Positions 1 through 13,246 of a stretch of DNA of 64,000 nt are shown piece after piece (the stretch's first letter is position 1; every line of letters begins with the position of its first letter). Made by a program: the position numbers and the translations under genes. The notes beneath the pieces are model-generated. The model worked only from the letters and a program-made list of their open reading frames with translations. It searched no databases and was not told where the DNA came from. The DNA comes from Eledone cirrhosa (Eukaryota): assembly GCA_964016885.1 (NCBI GenBank), contig OZ024746.1:6386001-6450000 (forward strand), in the 5' to 3' direction.

Positions 1-264
1 AATTAATTGTTTGTAACGTGTATGTTGATTAAATGTTTGACGTTTATTTGACGTTTATTTAATTGGGAGGGAGGATATACCGTGAGTCATTTAAACATTT
101 GCGGATTAATATAAATATAAATGAATTGAAATATACCTTTATATATTGGAATCTGTAGAGCGATTGAAAGATATCGTCCAAAGGAAATAACTAAGGGTTC
201 CTTCTTGTTTAGTCTCTGACAGATTTGATTAAATAAAACTAGAGTAAACGGCGTTTCAACCGTG

Positions 265-301
<37 letters not shown>

Positions 302-363
302 ATATATATATATATAAAATGGAAAACGAAGAATCAGTGATGCATCGGAACACAGTTTATTAC

Positions 364-452
364 GTATTACAATTGTTTCTCCGGCGAACAGCTCGAAGTA
401 CGATCTGTTTGTGGATCGAACCTGACTCTAGATTCTCAAGTTCCTCAGATAC
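364..452 (-). ncRNA. Candidate minimal hammerhead ribozyme with long stem II insert, in a microsatellite-flanked element (~316-476)
   Basis: Reverse strand reads GTAT-CTGAGGA-[~60 nt]-GAAA-CAATTG-TA-ATAC. Stem I is GTAT/ATAC and stem III is the palindrome ACAATTGT. Base of stem II pairs poorly. The insert is homologous to 3740-3808. Confidence 0.5.
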
Positions 453-498
453 GACTAGTGATTTCGAAGCAAATTCTCTCTCTATATATGTATATATT

Positions 499-554
<56 letters not shown>

Positions 555-729
555 AATGAGAAACCTCGTCGCCAGAACCGCCGTTAAAACACCCAAATGC
601 TTACAAATATTCAAACATGACGATGGGCAAAAATACTCCAGAGGCATTTTTATATTTATTCAAATACACTCTCGCTTCGTCTCGAGTACTTCACTTACTG
701 TGGTTACCCCCGATTGAACCCGGGATAAA

Positions 730-793
<64 letters not shown>

Positions 794-798
<5 letters not shown>

Positions 799-1050
799 CA
801 AAATATTAATAAATGAGAAATATTATCACAACCAAAGTATATATTTTATTATACATATTTCAAAGGTACAATGGTGTTTCAGTACGTTTTCATCAGATAA
901 AATATATAAGAGATTGGTTATACGACATACCGCTAAGGTCTTGAATCTTCCATTCCTGTACCTTCCATTCCATTGTACCTTTGAAATATGTATAATAAAA
1001 TATATACTTTGGTTGTGATAATATTTCTCATTTATTAACATTTTGAATAA
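794..1050. mobile_element. Fold-back (inverted repeat) element next to a (TA)n run
   Basis: Arms 794-874 and 970-1050 are near-perfect reverse complements, directly after a long (TA)n. A related copy lies at ~47040-47172. Confidence 0.85.
844..902 (-). ncRNA. Minimal hammerhead ribozyme (TTTTAT/ATAAAA stem I family)
   Basis: Reverse strand reads TTTTAT-CTGATGA-AAA C GTAC[12 nt]GTAC C TTT-GAAA-TATGTA-TA-ATAAAA. Confidence 0.7.
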
Positions 1051-2559
1051 CATTATAGATGATACTCCTAATAAATATCTGTCGAGTCCTTCTAATCTAT
1101 TGTAAAATTGCATTCGTTGAATAATCAACGAACCATATAAACTTTTGGTTATATATATATAACTACATTATACAATGTGCATTGTCTTTTTAAAGACGTT
1201 TAGTGTCATTGGAGAGGGACTTGTCTACTATTCTAAATATGGCAAGTAACTAAATAGAATCTTCTAGCCAGCAAAGTCAAATTGACGATCTCTTGGTTGT
1301 TGATAGACGTGACTTTGATTTAATTACTAATTAAAGATAATTGTCATCTTCCGCTATAAACGCCATTCAGCACTTTAAAATTATTGTTTTGTTTCCAATG
1401 AGGATAGGTTTGGCGACTGATTTATAAATATAGATAAACTTCTGTTGAATCGATACAGCAGCCAAGGTTTAATACGTGGTAGATGTGTCCCGTTTCGTTG
1501 TTAATTGAAAACTTATAATAATTAGAAATATTCAAAGATATTTGAACTCCCCACCTAGCTCGTAGAAAATAGAGAAACGAAATATATTAGAAGATAGTGT
1601 TAGCTATAAACCTCAATTCTCTGAGGTATAACATATTATTACAATACGGTTGTGTGTTGGATTCATAGACGTGAGCGATAAAGTGACGTACTCAATGACT
1701 ATCTCTATTTAGCTTCAGTTCTTCCGTTTTCATTGCGTATCCCGCCAAGATTGTCTTTACTGTTCTTCTCCGCAGGGCTGATAATAATGTAGCAATATTA
1801 CATCGAATTGATTCAATTGACTTACACATTTCCGTCTAGAAACTAATGTCGCAATTATTCTTGAAACAAATGTTTTAAAATCAAATACATATAATCATCA
1901 ACAGAAATTTGAAGTCACGTGGAGCTGTAGATTATCGATTTGTGCTTACAGTAATGAAGGTAGATTGCGTAATCGATAATAAATATTTGGGGTAGATTAC
2001 TGTCATGATAAACAATCAACATTTTGTTTCGCTTCATACGAAATGTTAGAGGGAAGTTAACCTGATTAGATGCAGACTAGTGATAAGTCTCAGCAGTTTC
2101 TTCTATCTTAATAATAGGTTAGAAAGTAATGTGTGTTGAGGAAACAAATATTTTCATATGAACGACTGCATCTATAGAATGTTATTTATGATTGAAATAG
2201 ATAACCGAGTTTTCTCACCGACTCCTTTCGGGTTTAGAAGTTTACCACAGTTTACCAGAAGTATCCTGCCTGATAAAAGCTTCTTCCATGTATAAATGAA
2301 TTTCATGTTGGAATCGTAAAAGTTCAAAATATTATCGTCAAACATATATATGTGTATGTGTATATGTGTGTGTATGTATGTGTGTGTGTGTGCGTCCGTG
2401 TGTGCGTGTGTATGTGTATATGTATGTGTGTGTATGTATGTATTTGTGTGAGGGGAAGGCACATGGCCTAATGTTAAACAGTTGGACTAACAATCATGAT
2501 ATTGTAAATTCGATTCCTAGATCGGATGGTGCGCTGTGTTCTTGAGAAAATCGAAGTCT

Positions 2560-2795
2560 TTAGAGACATTTGTCGTAATCCAGTTGTTTTATGAACTCAG
2601 ACAATGAAAACACTGGTCACTTTCACATCCCGAATGGGTTCCGCCAGGATTGCAGCCTGTTCACATTTCACTTTCTACAAATCGTGGCTTTTATCATGAA
2701 AACGACAACCCAACAAAACAAAGAATATAGCAACTAGTGATCAGAGCACAAAGTACTGGCTGACCTCAACTTTAGTGAGGATATTGAATTCTTGG
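2560..2795 (+). pseudogene. Degenerate RTE-type reverse transcriptase fragment
   Basis: Translates to NGFRQDCSLFTFHFL...LADLNFSEDIEFL, resembling the RTE motifs GVRQGC.LSP.LF and L.DLDFADDI.LL. Confidence 0.5.
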
Positions 2796-2889
2796 TAGAA
2801 TTCAGTAACAATTTGATCAGCTCTAGTTAAACTTTTTTAATGGGAATGTACCACTACTATTAACTCTTCGTACATGTAAATATTTAATA

Positions 2890-3075
2890 ACTGTTTCTGA
2901 TTTAAACACAAGACCAACAATTTTAATGGAGGGGAAAATCGATTTAATCGACTCGAATGCGTTACTGGTATTTTATTTTATCGAACTCGTAAGGATAAAA
3001 GGCAAAGCTAACCTCGGGCGGATTTTGAACTCAGAAGGTAAACAGATGTAATTCTGTGCCGCAAAGCATGTTGTC
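2890..3075 (-). mobile_element. Diverged copy of the dominant tRNA-headed SINE
   Basis: Contains TACTGGTATTTTATTTTATCGA...AAAGGCAAAGCTAACCTCGG..GGATTTTGAACTCAG, matching other copies. Confidence 0.75.
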
Positions 3076-3652
3076 ATGTAATAAGAATAGTGTGCAGTTG
3101 GAATATAATGCGGCTTAATGATATTTTTGACAGCTGTTAATCAATTATGTAATATTTTCTCCCACACAAATATGACATAATTAACAATTTAACTTCCATA
3201 TTGACACACTTAATAGCTTCTTTTGCTCATTAGATATTTTGTGGCTATCTCTCTAGTTGTTGGATTACATAATGTAATCCTTATAATATGACATGATGTA
3301 ACGGTTACCAGTCCACCAAAGGCTATTAATTTTAACATCATCCCAGGGGAATAGTTCACTACTCCATAAAATCTGGGTTCATCCATAGGTCTATTTGTTT
3401 ATATGTACTGTATGTATGTACGTCTGTATGTATATATCCATGCATGTAGTAACACAACAGTTAGTTCACCATGCTGAGAACAATTATTTCACCTAATTGT
3501 AACAATAGACAAACTATCTGGTTCTCTCCGCCCTTCCAATGTTCTACCTCTCTCTCCCTCTATATATATATATATAATTGGTGTTGGATGCTTAAAGCCT
3601 CCGTATGCGGTAGGCCGTTTGAACACTCGATGCTCTCATAGAGCAAAGTATG

Positions 3653-3853
3653 ATATCACAATAAAAAGAGAATTAGTGTTGCGACGAATGGAATTTATTG
3701 GACATATTACAATCGTTTCTCTGGCGACCAGCTCACGATTTTCAGAGTCAGGCTCGATCACCATATCGATCGTGCCTCGAGCTGGTCGCCAGAGAAACGA
3801 TTGTAATATGTCCAATAAATTCCATTTGCCGCAACACTGATTCTCTTTTTATT

Positions 3854-3860
<7 letters not shown>
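3653..3860. mobile_element. Fold-back element abutting (TA)n; carries the 3' half of an HHR
   Basis: Arms 3653-3734 and 3779-3860. GAAACGATTGTA lies in the right arm. Homologous to the reverse complement of 365-430. Confidence 0.8.
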
Positions 3861-3946
<86 letters not shown>

Positions 3947-4184
3947 GTGTGTGTGTGTAAAGATTCAGTATCCCGACGGCTGAGCTCCGGCCGTTTCGAC
4001 ATGTATGTATATATATGTGTTTGTAATCGTCTGGGTATATCCTCGGCTGACTTCATCAGAAATTAAAGCGGTATACTGGTCAGTACACGAGGAATATGTT
4101 CTTTCAATTGAGTCAGTTTGGGATTTTGAGCTGTCAATTCTTCCGTCGCCCATCCCCACGGGAAACAACTCGCATGGCGTTAAG

Positions 4185-4230
4185 GTAGTGCCTCTTGCTG
4201 ACCATTGATGTGGTCAGCAAGAGGCACTAC
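4185..4230. repeat. Perfect 20-bp inverted repeat with a 6-nt loop
   Basis: GTAGTGCCTCTTGCTGACCA-TTGATG-TGGTCAGCAAGAGGCACTAC. Confidence 0.9.
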
Positions 4231-4527
4231 TCGAGCCTTCTGGTTTGAGACAGACTTTAGAATTTTAGAGTTTGACAATTAATTCAAGTACAAGATGTAC
4301 TACTTTGTCTAAAAGATAAGCTGTGATAGTCATGGCCGGAATCCAGTTGATCATATATCATCTTGTTCAGGGTTCCTTTGTTGCTAAGAAATATCAATCA
4401 CTTCATACCAGAACTGTTAAGGCATTGTATAACTGAAGCAATAGACATTGCAATCACATATAGTTGCCTCGTTACCTGTGTCTTAGGATAGTTCAATCAC
4501 GACTGACCTAGGTTTCTACAGTAAACA

Positions 4528-4830
4528 CTTCTTCTTCTTCTTCGCTCACTTATTCATGGAAGTGTCGGGGGGGGGGGGGGGGCAGAGTCCTTAAACACTC
4601 CTTCCAGTAGGTCCTGTCAGAAGCAACAATCTCCAACTGATCGGGCTGGATCCCTAAGTAAGACTACCAGCCAAGCTTATGGATGTTATCCAACCATCTT
4701 TCTCGGGTCCACCCCTGGGTCTCTTGTTGGTTTGTTTTGCACGTAAAATCTGTCCAGTGATTCTTTCCTGAGACATTCTAACAACATGCCCATACAATCG
4801 GATCTGTGATCTTTCAATTCAGAGAAGTAG
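4528..4830 (-). mobile_element. RTE-clade LINE 3' end fragment
   Basis: Reverse strand encodes IERSQIRLYGHVVRMSQERITGQIL...KRPRGGP, matching the RTE C-terminal pattern W.GHV.RM...R.RGRP, and ends in a (GAA)n tail. Confidence 0.7.
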
Positions 4831-4990
4831 CTGTTCTTGGTTAATTGTAAATGAGCCGAAAATAGGAGAATACTTTCAATACATAGTTTTCATAATTGTA
4901 CGTGAAATTGTTCGAGAGATAGTTTCGAAATGTCATATAAAGTTAATTTAGTGAGCGAAAATGCTTCAGTAATTAAAATTACATTTGAAA

Positions 4991-5107
4991 TAATTGTTTC
5001 TACTTTAGGCACAAGGCCAGCAATTACCCAGTACATTACTGGTACTTTATTTTATCGACCCCGTAAGGATGAAAGGCAAAGTCAACCTCGGTGGGATTTG
5101 AACTCAT
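4991..5107 (-). mobile_element. SINE, 3' part
   Basis: TAATTGTTTCTACTTTAGGCACAAGGCCAGCAATTACC...GGATTTGAACTC matches the family consensus. Confidence 0.85.
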
Positions 5108-5340
5108 GAAATAATGAGACACCGCGTTAGCTTCAATGATAATTCTTCTGACAAACAGCTCCCAAGCTCCCAATCCAAATAGATTAAAATTGAATATTGA
5201 CATGCAAAAAAAGAGAAGTATATATTCCTTTATAGCTATAGTGGTAAACAAATGTTTCACGGTTTATTTGACCTCTACAGAAGAGAAACTATTTGTCTGC
5301 CTTACTAAATATCAGGAGCTTGTTCAAGTCATCATTAAAT

Positions 5341-5543
5341 GGTTTCTGATTTAGACACAGAACCAATAATTTGGGGGGAGGGGAAGTCGATTACTTGTGC
5401 TTTGTTTCATCTACCCCGACCCAGTAAGGATGAAAGGCAAATCTAACCTCGGCTGAGTTTGAACTCAGTAGGTAAAGGGCCATAATTCTATGCCACAAAG
5501 CATATTGTTCGACGTTCTATCAATACTGCCAATCCACCGCCCT
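5341..5543 (-). mobile_element. SINE, full length, diverged
   Basis: Runs through the B box (TTTGAACTC) to the head ACTGCCAATCCACCGCC. Confidence 0.8.
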
Positions 5544-6126
5544 ACAGGTTATTTCTAAATGATAGGTTATAAAGTCCGGATTGCTAAAGAAAATGAAGAA
5601 GATTTTAGAAAATAAGTGTCACTTATTCAGTCATATAAAGCTGAACTAACTTATTAGGGAGACTAACATTCTAAGGAATGCGGTTTTATAGGAGCAAGAT
5701 AGAGCTACAATTGGGCAGTGAGTCAGATTAAAAGGATGTACAATGAAAAGAAACAGGCAAAGCTTCAGAAATAAATCGGGTGTCATTTTACACTCTCACT
5801 ATATATATACACAGATATTTTTCATAATCTCGCGTGAATTTTTCGTGTGAATTAATCTACCTGGAAGGACAAGATACTTATCTTTCATTGAACAAAATTA
5901 TAGTACACAAAGGTAGAAAGCAAAGACAATGCATTTTCTCATGTTTTTTACAGAGCATGTTGCATACCAAAATATACCAACTGACATATGACAGAACTAC
6001 CAACTCTGATCAAAGTCGGGTCTGGAATCATGTGAGGAAGTGATCATATCCACGTGACGCCTATTTCACATTTGATATATGTGAAGCTTATTTCCAAACT
6101 AAATGTATCAGTAATGCTTATATTCA

Positions 6127-6345
6127 AAAAGGTATCAAGAGGTTTCCGTCCGCCTCCTCTTTGCACCGTTAGCCGTCAAGGCATTGGGCGTCCTTGAACT
6201 ACGTACAGCCGAGGTCGCCCGTCAAATCGGAACATCAACAGCCCATCTGAGGAAGGAGCCCCGTGAGGTGGAGTAGCTGCTGCAGTGGGTGTCACTGGCC
6301 ATTGTCCGCAGAAACGCAGCCGAAACACCACCCCAAATCTAGTCA
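6127..6345 (+). pseudogene. CRE-clade non-LTR retrotransposon, restriction-like endonuclease C-terminus
   Basis: KRYQEVSVRLLFAPLAVKALG...EPREVE*LLQWVSLAIVRRNAA matches the CRE pattern K..KY...F.P.AVET.G...LFQR.SLA..RGNA. Confidence 0.7.
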
Positions 6346-7296
6346 CAGAGTCTGTCACCCTCTCCTCTTTCCCCTCTCTTTCTTCCATTGCCAAACAGTC
6401 CTTGATTTTTTTTCCCTCCTTTTCTTCTCATTTATAGCATTTATAGCCCTTTCCTTTACTTTCCCATACAGCCTGATCTGCCCTTCTTTACTTAATTTTA
6501 TTTTTATCTTTGTTTAATATTTCCATCAGTGTATAACTTTTGTTTGTAATATATAGTTGACATAAAATAACATAAACCACAAAAGTAAAGACTTATTTTA
6601 CATTATTCTGTAACACTACTAAAATATTAGATTCAGCACAATATTAATAACAGATCATTCCTTTCAAACTTGAGTTGAGAAGTATCTAGAGTAGGGCGGA
6701 ACAGCCACCAACACGGATAGATAGGTGTAACAAGGTATAGGTCAGAAAATACGATATGATGGCCTAGATCATTAAATAAGTCAGAATAACACCTACATAA
6801 TTAACACAGTAAGTTATAGCCAGTTATAGTATATATATTATATCATAAATCATGTATCATATATACATTTACATTTTTAGTTTTATCATATTTTTAAGAC
6901 GTTTGATTAATGCTTTCTTCAACAAATATCGTCACATTTTGAGAACTTATAAGCTTCCTTTGAAGAATTCTTACCACAATTATTTGAGCAATCACAAAGC
7001 TATTATTAACTAAATAATTCTGCACACAAAGAAAGAGAAATAATCAATGGTAGTTTTACAAGTCCTTCAGATAAGTAGCGATATAATCTAGAATTTGGGT
7101 ACGTATAATTTGTCAAATATTAGTAGATATCATATCTTAATAATATGTTCTAAATATGAAAGTAGATCGCCCCGAAGATATTCACTAAATCAAAAAGCAA
7201 TTAATTTTGTATTGTAAACTCTCTCTCTCACACACACTCTCTCTCTATCTATCTATCTATCTGTCTCTCTGTTTTTCTCACACACACACACACACA

Positions 7297-7326
<30 letters not shown>

Positions 7327-7329
<3 letters not shown>

Positions 7330-9087
7330 GAATGGTTCAAAAATATCATAGATAACAAGGATAAAAAATGTATTCAATTTGATATCAACTCTTACTACAC
7401 CTCTATTTCCCCTATCCTACTAAATAAGGCACTTATAATGGCCATGGACAATAGTGACTTGACTAGACCCCAGATTGATGTCATACTTGCGGCCCGTAAA
7501 ACAATAATCACCTTTGAAGACCAATTATGGACCCGCAAGGATACGCAAAACAACTTCGACATTACTATGGGGTCTAGTGACTCGGCGCAGGTCACTGATT
7601 TAGTTGGCCTATACTTACTTAACCTAATCCACAGGGAACTTCCGTACCTCAGCGGTGGTTTGTATCGCGACGATGCACTTCTACTTATAGACTATAAAAA
7701 ATTCAATATAGAAAGGACTAGAAAACTATTGCACAAAACATTCAAAAACTTTAACCTTAGTATTACCATGGACAAAAACACCAAAAACGTCAACTTCCTA
7801 GACGCCACACTCTACTTAGACTCAATGATATATGCACCTTTCCACAAACCTAATGAAAAACTCATCTACGTAGATACCAAGTCTAACCACCCTAAATCTA
7901 TATTGAACTCTATCTCTAAGGGAGTATCTAATAGAATCTCTAATCTATCCTATGACATAAACACATTTAACAATAACTCACAGTATTATAATCAGGCATT
8001 AGCTAGATCAGGCCATAATACAGGGATAGAGTTCCTACCTACAAAAACACATAGCTACAACATCATTTCACACAACATGTCCATGGGAAAATTTAATAAT
8101 AGGAATAGCAACTGCACACACACTAATAGGGATTGTAACAACAAGAGTAACCCGCACCACAGAAATGACCATAGGAACATTAAAGGAAACAAATCACCAG
8201 ACATAAAAAACAGAAATAGAAGAAGAAATAATACATTTTTCAATCCTCCTTTCAATTTAAACGTCTCTACCAACCTTCCTAGGGCTTTCTTCTCACTACT
8301 AGATAAACACTTCCCATCCGGCCACAGGTACCACGGCCTTTTAAACAAAAACACTATTAAGATCTCATACTCTACTACGCCTAACTTAGCATACCACATA
8401 GCTAGTACAAATAAAAGAAAAATTAATTCTTACTTCCAACAAACTAAATCACAACGGTCGATAAACCTTCAAAATAACATTCAAAATAACAGTCAAAGTA
8501 ACATTATAACAAATAACCGTAATATCAATGGAAATAATAGTAATAGCACTAGTGTAAACATTAACGCTGCGTACCACAACCCGCATAACCATAACCCTAT
8601 AGCTAACATCCAAACTTCTACACAGCATAGTAATCGGCAGACTAGCACCCAGAGTAATTGTAACTGTAGATCAAGTAGAACCTGCCCTCTAGATAAAAAA
8701 TGCTTAACCAAGGATATCATATACTCATGTACAGTCACAACTAACAGCTCTTCTGAAACCTACATAGGCTCCACTTCTAACTGCTTCAAAACTAGATACA
8801 ATTCGCACCTCCACTCTTTCAAAAAACACAGTCTAGCCAACTCCACTTCATTATCTAGCTACATACACTATCTAAAAACTAAAAATAAAATATATACACT
8901 TAAATGGGAAGTGGTAGGTAGTGCAACATCGTACAAACCACCTGATAAATTTTGTAACCTCTGTCTACTAGAGACCCATACTATCATCTTCTCTAAACAT
9001 AATCTCCTTAATAAAAAATCGGAAGTGTTCGCAACTTGCCAACACCGCTTCCGACACTCGTTCCAAAACTTTAAACCCTATATATAA
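7327..9087 (+). CDS. PLE polyprotein: reverse transcriptase + GIY-YIG endonuclease (N-terminally truncated)
   Basis: Motifs FDINSYYTSIS, MGSSDSAQVTDLVGLYLL, LYRDD, NFLD, YVDTKSNHPKSI, then CNC..RTCPL..KC, IIY..YIGST..FKTRY..H, CNLC..E, LLNKKSE, CQHR. No internal stops. The annotated N-terminus (7207-7326) is microsatellite. Confidence 0.93.
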
Positions 9088-10609
9088 TAATGTCAGACTG
9101 GAACCGGCACCACCCCTAGCAATTAACATCAGTAGCACACCTTACACCTCACATCCACACCCATCTCTATACTCTAAAGATAATACTGACAGCATTTTAG
9201 TACCACCTACCCTGGGAAGACCACCTTGTACCTCTAATTCTGATATCTCGACCGTGGACTACTTATTCTGCATTGCACAAATATAAGATTAGTATAAACT
9301 GTGGACACGGTACTGGTTGCGATAACATAGTCCTGTGCTTGGATTCCCACCAAGAGATAGATTGATGATTAGATAGATAATCGTATTGTTATGTGAATAT
9401 ATACTGTAAACGATCAGTTCAATGAATTATGCACGTAATCATCTTGATGTGAACTCCTTTAGTACCTATTAATAGACTCCACTCTAGCTTGTAGATGTGA
9501 TACTTAATTGATTTATATATGAGACGGGGGTTGTCTATTGCTTGATGACCAGACTAGTGACTTTATATGAGAGATTGGATCTCCGGACCATACCGAAGAT
9601 TTACTGGAGATTCAGACATGCAATGACCCGGAGCCTACCGGGTGGCATATATAATAGTGGGCCCATACCAGGTCCTACTGTTATATTACATTTGCATGGA
9701 ACAGTGACTTGAGAGTCTGACTCCTCTTATAGAACGTTCAGATATGACACCCCTTAATGGATGGTAATCATCCTAATATATACACCCTTGTACTTCTTAA
9801 TGGACAACTCTCTAACCTATAAATGGGTAACATACTCTAGAAATTAGTTATAACTTCATATGATAGGCACGTATTTGAATCACCATTAATGTAGTTTAGG
9901 ATAGTAATTTATCTAAGATAACTAGCTAGTTACCTCCCCTTACGCATTAATTCCCCTTAGTCATTCAGACACTTCCGGAATCTGGACAGCATGTTCTATT
10001 AATTAAGAACCGACTGGATACGGTTTATAGCTTGATTATATGCTGAACCACCGCGAATTATACGATAGATACGTGTTCTCTATATATATTGCGTCTCATG
10101 GATTATGTGAGTGGTGGTGTGAGCGAAGACAGTGGTACGGCTTTGCCTACGATACAATAAGGTTTATAGTATGTTGAAAGTTTTTGATATTTTGGTGTTC
10201 CCCTGCATCCGAGACTGTATATCATACAGATGTATGAGAATAAATGACTTAATAATTCAACCCACATAATAAGATCGATTGCCTGCTTCAACTGCCTGAC
10301 CCTGCAAATATCATTCTGACGCACTCTAATCATGTATAAATAAGACACGCGTGCATGCTACACGTGAGATTGTTTCATACACTGACTACTCTAAACTTTC
10401 CTCTTGCTTTATCTTCATAGACTGCCAACGCTTCATGTTTGTCTTTATTTTCATTCTTGTTTTTATTTTTATCCTGGAACCTTTATATGTAAATTGCCAT
10501 GCTATATCATTTGATGAATGTCACCCCACTGTTGATCAATATGCGCATATGTTTTATGTGTCTCTTGGGTTGAAAAGGAGGTCAAGTATGTTATAGATCA
10601 GTAAATAGT

Positions 10610-10656
10610 TGATCCGAAGAATCCAAACCTCGGTTTGGAGGAAACAATTGTAAGCA
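10610..10656 (+). ncRNA. HHR-like motif at the PLE 3' terminus, CCGAAGA core variant
   Basis: TGAT-CCGAAGA-A TCCAAAC[CTCG]GTTTGGA G-GAAA-CAATTG-TA-AGCA. The copy at 54778-54824 has an intact stem I (TGCT/AGCA). Confidence 0.65.
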
Positions 10657-10688
10657 AATAAATGACTTAAACTGAACTTTGATTATTG

Positions 10689-10813
<125 letters not shown>

Positions 10814-10814
10814 C

Positions 10815-10929
<115 letters not shown>

Positions 10930-10949
10930 TGTATATATATATATGTATG

Positions 10950-11405
10950 TCAGGTCACCAGTTGGTGCTAGTGGTAACATGTATCCCAGTACAACCTGTC
11001 TCATGGTCGGGTCGTTGGCGACTAAACTGGCAACCCCACCAAGGTTTCTTGGTGAGGAGGGTGACTTTGGACATCCTGCAGGACTAAAAGCAAAACCTGT
11101 CAAAGAGCAAAGGAGCTCTTAAGAGTCAATGGCCATCCAAAATCACCGGGAGAGATGACCCCTTAGCCTTTGTCAAGGCAGAATTCTAGGAGAAGGAAAA
11201 CTCTGATATAACACCTGCAACCCTAATGGTATCCAATGATGTTGACTTGTTCTTCTTTTTGGTAAATATCATCTTGGTTAAGAGAGTGGGACTGGCTTTG
11301 TGCAGTGCCTTTGCTCACTATAAAAGCTTCACGGCACAGGCATTGCTTTATATCTGGAGATCTCTCTGCACTTGTCGTCACATGGTACCATGGGCCTAGC
11401 ACAAT
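10950..11405 (+). mobile_element. Probable RTE-type LINE 5' region fragment
   Basis: GC-richer island after a microsatellite, containing CTAGGAGAAGGAAAACTCTGA, a motif I associate with RTE 5' regions. No ORF evidence. Confidence 0.4.
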
Positions 11406-11555
11406 GTGTCAATAATTGTCACAAGTGTAGTGTTTGTACCAGAGTTTTCAAGTGCTGGCTGGACTAAAAAGCCACACTCGTTCAGCGCATCGGTAGGGGT
11501 TCTCCTACATGGATATAATGTAGTGGCCGTACTCGAAAACGAGTTGGCAGCCACC

Positions 11556-11680
<125 letters not shown>

Positions 11681-12031
11681 TATGCATAAATGTATACATA
11701 CATTCACACCCACATACGTACATACACACACACATATATATTTATATATATAAGGAGATAGAGTGAGGGAGGAGTTTGTGTGTGTGTGTGTGTGTGTTGT
11801 TGTTTGCTTGAAACATTGTTGAATACAAAAGTGAAAAGTGGATAGGTTTAGGTTGACAATCAACCTAAACCACAGATTGGAACAAAGAAGATTCTAGTAT
11901 CCTACGTTGTTCGAGGTCGGCTCATGTATTGATATACTTATGGATCTACTTCAAAATCCTTATTCAATCTTTATTGCTCTGGGAGCTTGGGGGTGTTTCT
12001 TCTTCTTATTATTATTCTTCTTCTTCTAAGA

Positions 12032-12216
12032 CCGGTGAATTGGCAGTATCGGTAGAGGGTTGGATACCATGCTTTCCAGCATAGTTACGTCCCTTTACAG
12101 TCTGAGTTCAAATCCCGCCGAGGTTAACTTTGCCTTTCATCCTTACGGGGTCGATAAAATAAAGTACCAGTAATGTACTGGGTAATTGCTGGCCTTGTGC
12201 CAAATGTAGAAACAAT
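12032..12216 (+). mobile_element. tRNA-headed SINE, full length
   Basis: A box TGGCAGTATCGG, B box GAGTTCAAATCCC, conserved body, and a GTAGAAACAATTATT tail. Confidence 0.9.
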
Positions 12217-13246
12217 TATTATTATTATTATTCTTCTTCTTCTTCTTCTTCACCCAAGATTCATGGCCATAATTGTTAAATGTAATTGTAGACAATACAT
12301 AGAGAGTAAAAGGTGAATTATTCTGTAAATGTATTATATTAATGATATATGATGTCAATAGTTTATTTGTCTGTTTTTACAAAGGCGATAAATAACAATT
12401 CATTAATCACTTTTCAAAAGCTCAATGAAAATGTTGCCTCAATTCTTGGTCGATGACGACATAAATTATCAAAGTAAGTTCACATTGTTGGCATTATCAA
12501 CAATGTTATTGTTTTCTATTAAATACTTTAGTAAACACATTCGTGAGTTCATATCGAATAATAAAAATTTTTTTTTTTAGATGATCTTCGCTACTGCTGG
12601 AACAAAAGGATGGCGATGGTCATCTAAAAACAGAGTAATTAGGCTGTTTGCTTGTAAACGAATCGAATATTATTATTATTCGATATAAAACTCACAAATG
12701 CATTTACGTATCCGCTATGTTAGAGTGAAAACGTAATTCTAATTTTGTTTTTAAATACTTTTGCGTTTATCTTATTTCGACATGGCTATTTTCAAGTCGT
12801 AAAGTCTTATTTAAAACATGTTAATCCCACTTTCAACTGGTAGAGTTTCACTATCAAATAACATGTTCTCAACACATATTGCAAAAGATGAGGTTTAAGA
12901 ATTTTACAGTAGCTCGGCGCTTGAGCAAAACAAAAAGCTAAGAAAAAGCATGTGTTTGGTTTATTTGATAGGGAGGGGGGGGGTACATCACCGTTTAAGT
13001 TCTTTAGTGTGATAAATGAAAAATGTAAAACCACAATATACCTACTTTGAACCTGATAATGTATAATGAATAAGTTTATGATGTTATTTGCACAAAAGTA
13101 ATTTTGGACCGAATTTACGTAGCCGTCAGGTAATAGGAACTGGAAAGCTTTTACACCTAGATTCAATGCTCACAATTCAGGTCACCTATCAACATTCCCA
13201 TTAAGTGCCGTCAATAATTTTATCAGATCTCTCATAACAACTATTA

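Noticed and set aside
7327-9087. Selenoprotein-type PLE with UGA recoding, reported for some Naiad elements
   Set aside because: No in-frame TGA in the retained ORF; it ends in TAA.
12032-12120. tRNA gene (A and B boxes)
   Set aside because: Boxes are spaced too widely, there is no cloverleaf, and the sequence continues into a multi-copy SINE body.
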